Below, in pieces: positions 54,101 through 61,770 of a stretch of 64,000 nt of DNA. Position 1 is the first letter of the stretch. Every line of letters begins with the position of its first letter. The notes under the pieces are model-generated. The model was not told the DNA's origin. It made no database searches and worked only from the letters and a program-made list of their open reading frames with translations. Source of the stretch: Hemiscyllium ocellatum (Eukaryota); assembly GCF_020745735.1 (NCBI RefSeq), contig NC_083401.1, positions 77,001,740 through 77,065,739 of the forward strand. Reading direction: 5' to 3'. Position numbers and translations under genes: made by a program.

Positions 54101-55235
54101 GATGAACTGATTTTTAATCAGTAAGGGAATCCAGCAATATGGGGAAAGAGGCAGAAAAGTTGGATTGAAGTTTATCAGATCAGTCATGATCTCCTTGAAT
54201 GGCAGAGTAGACTCTATGGATGGAAGGACCCACTTCTGCTCCTATATCCTATGATCTTAGGTGTATTTTGCCTCTTGAGATTAGCATTTGCCAGTTAGCG
54301 CTAAAACAAAGAAGCAACTGATTTCTACCAAAATTAATTTTGGATTGTGCTGACTTTGCTGAGCATGGTAAAGGTAGTGGCATGAATTTGAAATAAAATG
54401 ACAGCTGGTTTAGCCACAAACTCTGGGCGATGATCAATGGTGATGTCTGGGTAGGTAGTGGCAATGGGAATTTCGGCAGTTATACAAAGTATCTGAATGG
54501 TGGCAGTACTGAAATAATAAGAATGTTATGCTACCAGATGGAATAACTTTTCCTTTCTTTTTCAAGAATGATCAAACCCCAAAAATACTGAATCCAGGAA
54601 AAGACCACTACACCGACATCAGCACAGTTGAAGTCTTATATCTGCCTGAGGAAAGCCAGCTACAGTCCATAAAGAAAGACCTGACTTCACATCTACACAC
54701 AGTGGAAGTGGAATGTCCCCCTACTGTGCCTCCCCATCATGAGACCGCATCAAATGGTGAAGAGACCAAGTTGTTACAGCAAACAGATACAGTTGTGTAC
54801 ACAGTCTTAGAAGAAGGCTACAAGAGTCAAATCCCTGACTTCAGCCGGTCATTGTCAAAGCAGCCACTACTTTCAAATACTTCAGAAAAGAGTACAAGTG
54901 ATCATGGAACTGAAATAAGTGCACTTGATGGAGTTGAAGAAAATTGGTGTCCACAAAATACTGATGAAAATGATGTATTTCAACAAATAACTAAAATCAA
55001 CTCATACTTGAATAACTCCTTACAGATGACTGAGTCAAAAATTGCATTGGATTCAGATAGCTCAAGCAATTCTTCAATTGATAGCTCCTGTAAAGAGGGC
55101 ACGAAAGTGCAAGGAGATGCTGGAACTGTCAATGTGAATCCACAGAGTTCTCCTCAAGATAACCAGCCGAATAACCCAGTGCAAACTTACATTACAGTGC
55201 AGTTACTTGGATTAATGTTAAACAATGAAATGTAA
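9080..55235 (+). CDS. il31ra: gp130-family type I cytokine receptor, IL31RA-like/IL6ST paralog (15 coding exons, ~893 aa, start codon not found)
   Basis: Join 9080-9142,22382-22681,24923-25043,29898-30061,31513-31670,33801-33951,36198-36280,38112-38328,38989-39180,44352-44453,45871-46014,47121-47261,48797-48890,50438-50519,54567-55235 gives one open frame (2681 nt) with GT-AG introns. Domain order: signal, Ig, CBM (4 Cys, WSQWS), 3xFNIII, TM, Box1, Box2, Tyr motifs. The family call is strong. The il31ra symbol is tentative and rests on recalled motifs (KTDPP..ILG..W.KP.MAP; PAGSSLADW; NSYLNNSL). Confidence 0.85.
9343..9462 (-). mobile_element. Penelope terminal-repeat fragment (degenerate hammerhead)
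   Basis: tgcagatgctgg...aaagcacagcag...ggcagcatc... matches the terminus of the Penelope element at 61976-62106. Confidence 0.8.
9748..10095 (+). mobile_element. HE1/V-SINE, older copy
   Basis: A/B boxes plus tgtgtggagtttgcatattctcccc core. Confidence 0.85.
10343..11096 (-). mobile_element. CR1 LINE 3' fragment
   Basis: 205-aa ORF (LEYCVQFWSP...LERRRLRGDLIE) and (tatgactc)n tail. Confidence 0.93.
11465..13228 (+). mobile_element. CR1 LINE ORF2 (RT), frameshifted and 5'-truncated
   Basis: DFSKAFDKVP, GVPQGS and FVDD motifs spread over three broken frames. Confidence 0.93.
13646..17640 (-). mobile_element. Near full-length CR1 LINE: ORF1 (Zn-finger/leucine zipper + SGNH esterase) and ORF2 (APE endonuclease + RT), decayed
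   Basis: CRMWEV...YICGKC...IRELELELDEL; GEGEQPQVVVHIRTNDIG; YRPPNS...MGDFNYP...SDHN; [12 protein letters not shown]; (ttctatg)n tail. Confidence 0.93.
14085..14197 (-). mobile_element. Penelope terminal fragment inserted in the CR1 ORF2
   Basis: Near-identical to 61977-62088 and 57343-57455; interrupts the CR1 RRFTRMLPGM coding segment. Confidence 0.9.
18898..20660 (+). mobile_element. Young 5'-truncated CR1 LINE with uninterrupted 560-aa RT/C-terminal frame (18898-20580)
   Basis: [40 protein letters not shown]; 3' UTR and (ttctatg)n tail; no endonuclease domain. Confidence 0.96.
21420..22130 (+). mobile_element. Highly decayed CR1 3' fragment
   Basis: Degenerate CR1 text (...ttaattgaggtgtataaaattat...; ...aaggactacagaccaagcagtggaaagtgg). 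Confidence 0.6.
22382..22681 (+). CDS. Ig-like (D1) domain exon
   Basis: GELKLLCHHVDSTSKVVQLQSNISLSC...NASHIFW...REQY...LTCHI...AG aligns with gp130 D1 (GELLDPCG...VVQLHSN...NANYIVW...KEQY...LTCNI). Splice sites cacag| and |gtaagt. Confidence 0.92.
23425..23605. mobile_element. Old head-to-head Penelope terminal palindrome
   Basis: gctggaaatctg...aatactgagagggtctgg arm and inverse ...cctgacctgttgagtatttttagcatt arm. Confidence 0.55.
24168..24293 (-). mobile_element. Penelope terminal fragment with hammerhead-like motif
   Basis: Reverse complement reads gtt-ctgagga-agggtcactggaccc-aaaac-gtg-aac. Confidence 0.75.
24923..25043 (+). CDS. Cytokine-binding module exon 1 (LPPDKPKNISC...FTCSW...RETHLKTNFTL)
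   Basis: tttcag| and |gtgagt; C-x9-C-x-W signature; phase 1-2. Confidence 0.95.
26005..26740 (+). mobile_element. tRNA-headed LINE 5' portion (same family as 5270-7505)
   Basis: Head (...aattcagaggcccag...ttctggttcact...) followed by sequence matching 7060-7200 in reverse. Confidence 0.6.
26745..28900 (-). mobile_element. Decayed CR1 ORF2
   Basis: VTNGVLQGSVLGTQLF remnant and surrounding degenerate RT/EN text. Confidence 0.7.
29003..29138. other. Assembly gap (136 N)
   Basis: Run of N. Confidence 1.
29898..30061 (+). CDS. Cytokine-binding module exon 2 (...VEAQNALGKVSS...)
   Basis: tttacag| and |gtaatt; second Cys pair and VEA-NALG motif; phase 2-1. Confidence 0.93.
30225..30770 (-). mobile_element. 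CR1 3' fragment
   Basis: ELRRMRSDLIET and FKTEMRRNFF remnants; interrupted by the HE1 at 30774. Confidence 0.8.
30774..31085 (+). mobile_element. HE1 (V-SINE), young copy
   Basis: Nearly identical to 4606-4920; (tctaag)n tail; possible agtatt target duplication. Confidence 0.92.
31513..31670 (+). CDS. Cytokine-binding module exon 3 (WKTDPPWNVTV...LLVTWCKPKMAPP...KWIQ)
   Basis: atacag| and |gtacac; phase 1-0; start of an FNIII fold. Confidence 0.92.
33135..33240 (+). mobile_element. Penelope terminal fragment with degenerate hammerhead
   Basis: ctgaaaagggtcattcaacccgaaacgttaactc...gatgctgccagacctgctg. Confidence 0.75.
33330..33662 (+). mobile_element. tRNA-headed SINE (head joined directly to the LINE-type tail)
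   Basis: A/B-box-like head (tgtagtgataatg...agttctaatccc) followed by gttcaagggcaattggggatgg tail. Confidence 0.65.
33801..33951 (+). CDS. WSxWS exon (LKPFTNYTVAVRC...YWSQWS)
   Basis: ttcttag| and |gtatgt; WSQWS encoded at 33906-33920. Confidence 0.96.
34440..35660 (-). mobile_element. Decayed PIF/Harbinger (HARBI1-like DDE) transposase
   Basis: Broken frames YPGSCHHSFIL, GWLLG, RYNIAHSSTRT and LLKM...LQYDPYRVCCII match Harbinger nuclease motifs (YPGSVHD, WLLGD, RYN.AH..TR, LK.RF...LQY.P). Confidence 0.8.
36198..36280 (+). CDS. FNIII exon (NPLTGPSIWRKI...GKRKVHVQWK)
   Basis: tttgcag| and AAG|gtagct; 83 nt; phase 1-0. Confidence 0.93.
36445..37050 (+). mobile_element. Decayed Penelope element with two tandem terminal repeats
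   Basis: CKDSIP...LCHICSD...ASKMSS parallels CKNSIP...LRRICSQ...AQMAS of the ORF at 63012-63482; hammerhead-like termini at ~36804 and ~36933. Confidence 0.7.
38112..38328 (+). CDS. FNIII exon (ALNRSKANGIILGY...VIAYNSAGDSPEATL)
   Basis: gttgcag| and |gtatgt; phase 0-1. Confidence 0.95.
38989..39180 (+). CDS. FNIII exon (DDLPAVQDI...GYVIEWC...LHWQHE)
   Basis: Polypyrimidine tract plus aaag| (an alternative in-frame acceptor starts at 39001); donor |gtaagc. Confidence 0.92.
39215..39770 (-). mobile_element. tRNA-headed SINE interrupted by a Penelope palindrome
   Basis: Reverse strand has an A box (tagcctagtga), a B box (gagttcaattcc) and the LINE-type tail. Confidence 0.7.
39518..39724. mobile_element. 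Head-to-head Penelope terminal palindrome with 13-bp target-site duplication
   Basis: About 80-bp inverted arms; tctggattaatag at 39505-39517 and 39725-39737. Confidence 0.88.
40410..40505 (-). mobile_element. Penelope terminal fragment with near-intact hammerhead core
   Basis: Reverse complement attc-ctgatga-agggcttttgccc-gaaat-gtc-gatt. Confidence 0.85.
42117..42750 (+). mobile_element. Probable solo LTR inserted in the LINE
   Basis: Starts TGTCACAAAC and ends GTTCATAAC; internal TATA-like and AATAAA motifs; the host LINE resumes after it. Confidence 0.55.
43305..43656. mobile_element. Penelope inverted-terminus insertion with 12-bp target-site duplication
   Basis: ctgctaactgat at 43293-43304 and 43657-43668; hammerhead-like cagtt-ctgaaga-...-gaaac-att-aactg at 43571-43610. 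Confidence 0.8.
44352..44453 (+). CDS. FNIII exon (GDLEKFKRYNISVYAVY...AYLQQD)
   Basis: ttcacag| and |gtaagt; phase 1-1. Confidence 0.94.
44820..45430 (+). mobile_element. 3' fragment of the CR1/L2-group LINE family
   Basis: ...ggaatactcccc...gcagctcctacaac...caaaatcctggaactcc...gcagctcaccaccaccttc. Confidence 0.7.
45871..46014 (+). CDS. FNIII exon (IPEVGP...WHEIPVEKRRGFITNYTIFY)
   Basis: ttatcag| and CAG|gtaagt; GFI-NYTIFY motif typical of the gp130 family. Confidence 0.95.
47121..47261 (+). CDS. Last FNIII exon (VTVNSTVHEYTLKSL...VMAST)
   Basis: ttcgcag| and |gtcagt; phase 1-1. Confidence 0.94.
47830..48300 (-). mobile_element. CR1 3' fragment, decayed
   Basis: gagtaggccacttggcctcttgagcc... 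3' UTR and VDRFLTSKGMK remnant. Confidence 0.65.
48797..48890 (+). CDS. Transmembrane exon (GQKDIVVILVPVLVIFLLLVNMLIICFNNKHR)
   Basis: ttacag| and |gttagt; 23-residue hydrophobic stretch; phase 1-2. Confidence 0.94.
49735..50250 (+). mobile_element. tRNA-headed element with internal deletion (head + LINE 3' part)
   Basis: Same head as 26005 and 33330, followed by ...taccatcgacaagatg...cagtgtcactgagccaaaatctggaac. Confidence 0.6.
50438..50519 (+). CDS. Box1 exon (IAKHIWPDVADPAGSSLADW...)
   Basis: ctcttag| and AAG|gtatac; aligns with gp130 IKKHIWPNVPDP. Confidence 0.94.
52168..52628 (+). mobile_element. CR1 LINE 3' fragment
   Basis: MLPGLED...ERLRGDFIDVYK; (tatgactc)n tail; same subfamily as 10343-11096. 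Confidence 0.9.
52742..53360. mobile_element. Second Penelope-like family: inverted terminal copies
   Basis: caggttatagtccaacaggtttatttggaagtacaag (52757-) is the reverse complement of cttgtacttccaaataaacctgttggactgtaacctg (53265-); degenerate ctggcga-aggagcagcgctct-gaaa motif. Confidence 0.7.
53545..54255 (+). mobile_element. Decayed CR1 3' fragment
   Basis: DLIKTYKILGEIDRIDVE remnant. Confidence 0.75.
54567..55235 (+). CDS. Terminal cytoplasmic exon (Box2-like TDISTVEV; YTVL; YKSQ; YLNN; YITV)
   Basis: Polypyrimidine tract plus caag|; 222 codons to TAA; non-repetitive ORF. Confidence 0.92.
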   Translation, partial: NDQTPKILNPGKDHYTDISTVEVLYLPEESQLQSIKKDLTSHLHTVEVECPPTVPPHHETASNGEETKLLQQTDTVVYTVLEEGYKSQIPDFSRSLSKQPLLSNTSEKSTSDHGTEISALDGVEENWCPQNTDENDVFQQITKINSYLNNSLQMTESKIALDSDSSSNSSIDSSCKEGTKVQGDAGTVNVNPQSSPQDNQPNNPVQTYITVQLLGLMLNNEM

Positions 55236-55897
55236 TTGACTACTGTGCTGCGCCCATTTAGAAATCTCAGTTATCAGCTCAGTTATCTCTTTAGTTATCA
55301 GCATTAAAACTGAAAATTTAATACACAGCTGGCCTGTTGGGATATGAATAGAGGAAAATAAGTTAATGTTTCTGCAATTATGAGCGAACATTAACTTATT
55401 TTGTTTCTTTTGGTTTCATGTCCAATATTTTTATAATTTTATATCGGCATTAACAGTATTTTTTAATGTTAAGCTTGTTTTTATATTTGAGCCACAACTG
55501 TCCTCAAGGAATTGAACTTTTATGTCATGATTGTCAGAACCATTACAGGCTTTATAAGAAAATAATTCATGTAAAAGGCTCACATTACTACTGAAAGCAC
55601 CATCACAATAACAAAATCTGTGTCACATTATGATCTCTGTCCCCAACAGATAATTTCAAAATTGTGCCAGGGATGCAGGAACAATGTAAGCAAAAAGTCA
55701 AAGTCTAAATCATGTGTTAGAAAACATTGTGTTTGAAATCATATTCCCTCATCTATTGGTGAAACTACACCAGTGTTACACAGGTCTAACAGTGTCACTA
55801 TGTGTTGGAGTCATGTAATACATTGAATATATTGATATGAAAGTTAACTGGAGCTAAATATATGAAACTCAGGGCTTGGATGTGCACAGGAAAGGTA

Positions 55898-55903
55898 AAT
55901 AAA
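55898..55903 (+). terminator. Candidate polyadenylation signal (AATAAA; an ATTAAA also lies at 55303-55308)
   Basis: Hexamer in AT-rich unique sequence downstream of the stop codon; no transcript evidence. Confidence 0.3.
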
Positions 55904-56139
55904 ACAGTAGATTATTTCAGGAAGCCAATACAGTGCAATCCACAATTATATGAATGTTTGAATTACCAGCCTTGTGTTCAAATTCCTCCATATGTTCATA
56001 ACCTTCTTGAAATGTACAGTACCCTTGAGATCTCAGTGTGCCTGCAATTCTGACCTGTTCTGCATCACTGTGCTTCATTGTTCTACCACTAGAGGGTATG
56101 CCTTCAGTTGCCTGGGTCCCAAGAGCTGAACTTTGAGAC

Positions 56140-58135
56140 AGATTCATATCGCATAGAATCAGACCCTTTGGTCCAGCTATATGCCAACAATATTCCCAAA
56201 CCAAACTAATCCAGTCTGCCTGAATTTGGTTCAGATCCCTCCAAACATTTCCCATTCATGAACTTATCCAAATATCTTTTCAACATTGTGGCAGTACCTG
56301 CACCTGCATCCATCACTTCCTCTGGCAGTTCATTCCACATAAAAAAACACTCTGCAAAATGATGACCCTCCTGTCCTTTTCAAATCTTTCTCCTCTCACC
56401 TTAAAAATATGCCTCCTAGTTTTTAAATCTCCCACCCTTACGAAAAGACCCTTGCTATTCACCTTATCTAATCTCCTTATGATCTTATAAAACTGTAGAG
56501 GACACCCCTCAACCTCATATGCTCCAGTGAGAAAAGTTACAGCCTACTTTTATAACTCAAATGCTCCTTTCCCAGCAATATCCTGCTAAATCTTTTCTGA
56601 TCCCTCTCCAGTTTAATAATAACCTTCCCAGAGGAGGGGTGACCAGAACTGCACTCAATACTCCAGAAGAGGCCTCGCCAATATTAGACCATGAGACCAT
56701 AAGACAGAGGAGTGGAAGTAAAGCCATTTGGCCCATCGAGTCCACTCTGCCATTCAATCAAGGCTGATGGACATTTCAACACCACTTACCTGTATTTTCC
56801 CCATATCCCTTAATTCCTTGCGAGATTAAGAATTTATCAATCTCTGCCTTGAAGACATTTAATATCCTGGCCTCCACTGCGCTCCGTGGCAATGAATTCC
56901 ACAGGCCCACCACTTTCTGGCTCCTCATTTCTGTTTTAAATTGACCCCGTCTAATTCTAAGGCTGTGGCCACGGGTCCTAGTATCCCCACCTGATGGAAA
57001 CAAATTCCCAGTATCCACCCTTTCTAAGTCATGCATTACCTTGCAAGTTTCTATCAGATCTCCCCTCAATCTTCTAAACTCTAATGAATACAATCCCAGG
57101 ATCCTCAGTCGTTCATCATATGTTAGGCCTACCATTCCAGGGATCAGCTGTGTGAATCTCTGCTGGATACGCCAGTATGTCCTTCCTGAGGTGTGGGGCC
57201 CAAACTGTACACAGTATTCTAAATAGGGCCTAACTAGAGTTTTATACAGTCTTAGAAGCACATCGCTGCTTTTACATTCCAACCCTCTTGAGATAAATGA
57301 TAACATTACATTTGCTTTTTTAACCATGGACTCAACCTGCAAGTAAAAAGTGAGGTCTGCAGATGCTGGAGATCAGAGCTGAAAATGTGTTGCTGGTTAA
57401 AGCACAGCAGGTTAGGCAGCATCCAAGGAACAGGAAATTCGACGTTTCGGGCCAGAGCCCTTCATCAGGAATGAGGAGAATGTGCCAGGCAGGCTAAGAT
57501 AAAAGGCAAGTCAACTTTTAGAGAATCCTGGACTAGTACTCCCAGATTCCTTTGTAGTTTGACTTTAGAAATTTTCTCACTGTTTAGAAAATAGTCCGTT
57601 CCTATATCCTTTCTCCTGAAGTGCAAGACCTCGCATTTGCTCACATTGAATTTCATCAGCCATTTCTTGGACCACTCTCCTAAACTGTCTAAATCTTTCT
57701 GCAGCCTTCCCACCTCCTCAGAAATACTTGCCTATCCACCTAACTTTGTATCATCAGCGAACTTCGCCAGAATGCCCCCAGCCTCTTCATCCAGATCATT
57801 AATATATAAGGTAAACCCCTGCGGCCCCAACACTGAACCCTGCGGGTCACCACTTGTCACCAGTTGCTATTCTGAAAAAGAACCTTTTATCCCAACTCTG
57901 TCTTTTATCAGACAGCCAATCCTCAATCCATCCCAGTAGCTCACCTTACTCAGCAACCTCCCGTGAGGCACCGTATCAAAGGCCTTTTGGAAGTCGAGGT
58001 AGATAACATCCACAATACTCAGTCCAACCTCAACATGATGTCCCAACTCCGATACTCACAGGCCTGAGCAATGAAAGCAAGCATGCTAAATACCTTCTCA
58101 TTCATACTGTCTACCTGTGATGCAAGTTTCAGACT
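56140..58135 (-). mobile_element. CR1 fragment containing a nested CR1 (56688-58011), which itself contains a Penelope terminus (57343-57506)
   Basis: LVRPYLEYCVQF and EFRRLRGDLIE; (atggtct)n tail at 56688; host sequence resumes at ~58012. Confidence 0.85.
57437..57472 (-). ncRNA. Minimal type I hammerhead ribozyme motif in a Penelope terminus
   Basis: AUUC-CUGAUGA-A-GGGC UCUG GCCC-GAAAC-GUC-GAAU. Confidence 0.75.
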
Positions 58136-59199
58136 TTGTTCTCTTAATCTTTCTGTACCCCTCTCCTTTTACATTGGAGCTTAAAATGTGCCCTTTTCAC
58201 CAAATTTTGGTCAAGTCTCATCATGCTTATCATTTCTTTGTGGCTGTATGTGAAATTTTGTTTATTACTCCTGCGAAGCACCATGAGTGATTTTGATTAT
58301 GTTAAAGGCACTATATGAATGTAAGTTGTTATTGTATAAGATTCAAATAAGTTTTCCAGCTGGAGCAATGATTAAGTCACTTATTCAGTTATGATGGGAA
58401 GGCTGGCAGGTCAGATAAACAAAAGTGTGGCCAAAGAGGCAGGTTTTAAGAAATGTCTTAAAGGAGGACAGTGTAAAGAGGTGTAGGGAATGAATCCTAG
58501 AACGTGATGCTGAGATGTCTGAAGGCTGCCAATGGCCCACAATAAATTTAATCGGGAATGCACATAAGGGGAGAATTTGAGTAGTATAGGTTTCTCAAAG
58601 GGTTAAGGATCTGGAAAAGGTTAAGAGATGGAAGGATAAGGCCAAGGAAGGATGCAAAAACAAATAAGAATTTTAAACACCAAATGTTGCTTGACTGGGA
58701 ATTAATGAAGGAACTAACATAAAGGGCAGGGAGTCAGGGCTTCTTGCAGTTAAGATATGGGCAGCAGAGTCTTGGATGAGTTCATATTTTTGAAGATAAA
58801 CGCTACACAAACGATAGTGGGTGATCAGCCAAGGGCACATTGATTGAGTCTGGAGATAACGAAGATGATTGATGGTTTCAGTGGCAGATGAGCTCAGAAA
58901 GGCACAAAATTAGGAAAGTGGGAATAATTGATTTCAGTGATGGTGTAAATATGAATCAGGAGCTTAACACTTTATCAAATGTGACATCAGGATCTGGATG
59001 ACACTCCTGTGTTGGCTGCGCAGAGTTGGGAAAATTCCCAGCTTATTGCACCCACCTTTGAAGACACAATGCCGTATAAAATAAGGTTCTAAATATCTAT
59101 TACACATTTCAACATGGAAAAAACAGTCTTGTATTCTTTTATATTTTCATTGGCAAAGGTATATTTAATACATTTAAAGCTCATTAATTACTTAATCCC

Positions 59200-59800
59200 T
59201 TATAAAAAAACAAGCATTTATATTCATAGTGCCATATCTTTATTACAAAGAGAATGAAGCATATAAGTAGGAAGGAATTGCCAAAGTTGTACAAGGCCGT
59301 AGTCAAACCACAGCTGGAATACTGTGAACTGTTTTGGGTCCCTTATCTAACTGGCAGAGTAGGTTCACTAGGACTGATTAATGAGAGGTTGAGTAGGTTG
59401 GGCCTGTATTCATTGGCATGAGAGACCTCATTGCAAAATTTTAAAAAATCATCTGGGACTTGACAGCGTAGATGTGGAAAGATTATTTCCCCTTGTGGAT
59501 GAACCTGGGGCCAGAAGGCATAATCTGAGAAAAAGGGTCATCAGTTTAAGACAGTGATGAGAAGGAATTTCCTCTCTCAGTGGTTTACGAAGCTGTGAAA
59601 GTCTTTAGCGTCGAGCTTGCATTGTTAAGTACATCCAAGGCTGAGACAGACAAACTTTCAGTCAGTAAGGGAATCAAAGCTTATTGGGAAAAGGCAGGGA
59701 AGTGGATTTGAAGATTGTCAGATCAGCCCTGATGTCATTGACTGGTGGAGCAGACTCAATGTGCAGAATGGCCTATTCTACTTTTACATGTTTTAGTTTC
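59200..59800 (+). mobile_element. Decayed CR1 3' fragment
   Basis: ...ccacagctggaatactgtgaac...aagacagtgatgagaaggaatttcc... Confidence 0.7.
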
Positions 59801-60004
59801 ATAAAAATTCAATCCTTTAATAACCTTTAGGAGCCATTATTTAAACTATGAACTTGCAACTCCTAACTGTGATGATGAAAGGTTACAGAAGCATTCAAGC
59901 AGTAGTAACACCATAATAATAACCCCCAGACTTTTGTCAATTCACAGCTATTGAAATTACAGACATTTTCAAATCCGTGACACAGCATGTTGTTTCTTGT
60001 TCAG

Positions 60005-60298
60005 ATTTGCTCAGTGATTAGCATTGCTACCTCAGAGTGCCAAGGATCCAGGTTCGATTCCAGTTTCAGGTGACTGTGTGGAGTTTGCACATTCTTCCAG
60101 TGTCTGCATGGGTTTCCTCTGGGTGATCTGGTTTCCTCCCACTGTCCAAAGATGTGCAGGCCAGGTGAGTCGGCCATGCTAAATTGTCCACAGTATGAGG
60201 TGCATTAGTCAGAGGGAAATGGCTTTGGATGGGTTTCTCTTCGGAGGGTCGGTGTGGACTGGTTGGGCTGAAAGGCCTGTAGGGAATCTAATCTAATC
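60005..60298 (+). mobile_element. HE1/V-SINE
   Basis: B box ggttcgattcc, V-domain, (aatct)n tail. Confidence 0.85.
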
Positions 60299-60407
60299 AT
60301 TGTATCTACCTTTACGCACATTCCCATCTATTCTTAAAAAATAACGTGTGTAATATGACCTTTCTCCAGTGAAAATAAAATCTGTTTAAACTCAGCACAG
60401 AGTTCAA

Positions 60408-60530
60408 TTGATGAAGGGCTTTTGCCCGAAATGTCGATTTTCCTGCTCCTCAGATGCTGCCTGACCTACTGTGCTTTTCCAGCACCACTCTAATCTTGAC
60501 TCTAATCTCTAGCATCTGCAATACCCACTT
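60408..60530 (+). mobile_element. Penelope terminal fragment
   Basis: ttgatgaagggcttttgcccgaaatgtcga...gatgctgcctgacc...cagc. Confidence 0.85.
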
Positions 60531-61179
60531 CTGCTTGACTGACAAAGTACAATTGGCCTTGGGTTTGGGTTTTCCACATGTGTGGATCACTTTCTGTTCC
60601 CTTCCCTGTTTCTTTGGAAACAACAGGATCTGTCAGTGATTGGGGCAGGATTCTGGATTTGGACTTCAGAAGCTGGGGTTCTGGTGCCATTTTGATTCAT
60701 CCACTGAGTCTTCATGACACCACAAAGATTTGGGCCCAAGCTGGTGAACAAATAGAATTAATCATAAACTTTCTCCCATGAGAGGGAAAGAGTTGGAAAC
60801 TAGGGAACAGAATTTGGATCAGGAACCCTAGACAAATGTGTTAGCCTTTTCAATATTTAATTTTAAGCAGATTCTAGTCATCCTGTACTGGATGCTGTAT
60901 CAACATTCTGACAATTTAGCATCAGTGGAGGAGGGAAGAAAAGTGGTGTTGATCATTCACATGTCTTCTCCAGTGGTCCTCATCATCACAGATACCAGTC
61001 TTCAGCTCATTCCATTCATTCAAGAAATGGTTGGATGCACTGGTTACTGCAAAGACTATGAGTTCTGACAGCATTCTGACAATAGTGGCATTCCTAGCCA
61101 AGCACTTCCAGTAATTGAAATACTGGCATCTACCCAACATTATAGAAATTGCTCAGATATACCCTGCATACTATACATA

Positions 61180-61770
61180 GGAATAAAGAAACATGGGTAG
61201 GCCATTCAGTCCCTTGAGTCTGTTCTGCCATTCAATGAGATCATGACTGATCTGTAACCTACTTCCATATACCTGTCTTTGGCCCATATCCCTCAGTACC
61301 TATGCTTAACAAAATATTATGTATCTCAGATTTGACATTAATAATTGATCTAGTATCAACTGACATTTGCGATGAGAGTTCCAAATCTCTCCCACACTTT
61401 GTGTGTAGGCATGCTTCCTGACATCGCTCCTGAATGGTCTGGCCCTAATTGTTAGATTGTATCCTCTTGTTTTAGACTCTCTAATGGGCAGGGATAGTTT
61501 ATGTTTATCTACCTGGTCTTTTCCTGCTAATATCTTGAAGACTTCAATTAGATCACCCCTTAGCTTTTTAAATCCTAGTAAAAAAAAAGCCTAATTTATA
61601 TAATCTCTCCTTGTAACATAACCTCAGAAGTCCAAGTATCATTCTTGTAAACCTACGTCCTTCCTAAGGTGTGATACCCAGATGTACTCACAGTATTCCA
61701 AGTGAAGCCTGTCCAGGGTTTTGTATAGCTGCAGCATAACTTCTGCATCCTTACACTGCAATCCTCTATA
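61180..61770 (-). mobile_element. Decayed CR1 3' fragment
   Basis: taggccattcag... 3' UTR; agatcacccct; cacagtattccaag. Confidence 0.7.

Noticed and set aside
54528-54566. 235-aa ORF as a stand-alone gene
   Set aside because: The first 13 codons are intronic; the remainder is the receptor's terminal exon.
9080-55235. Calling the gene canonical IL6ST, CSF3R or IL12RB2
   Set aside because: It lacks the gp130 distal YLPQ/YMPQ motifs and the PNVPDP Box1, and several segments fit IL31RA better. Orthology cannot be settled without phylogeny and synteny.
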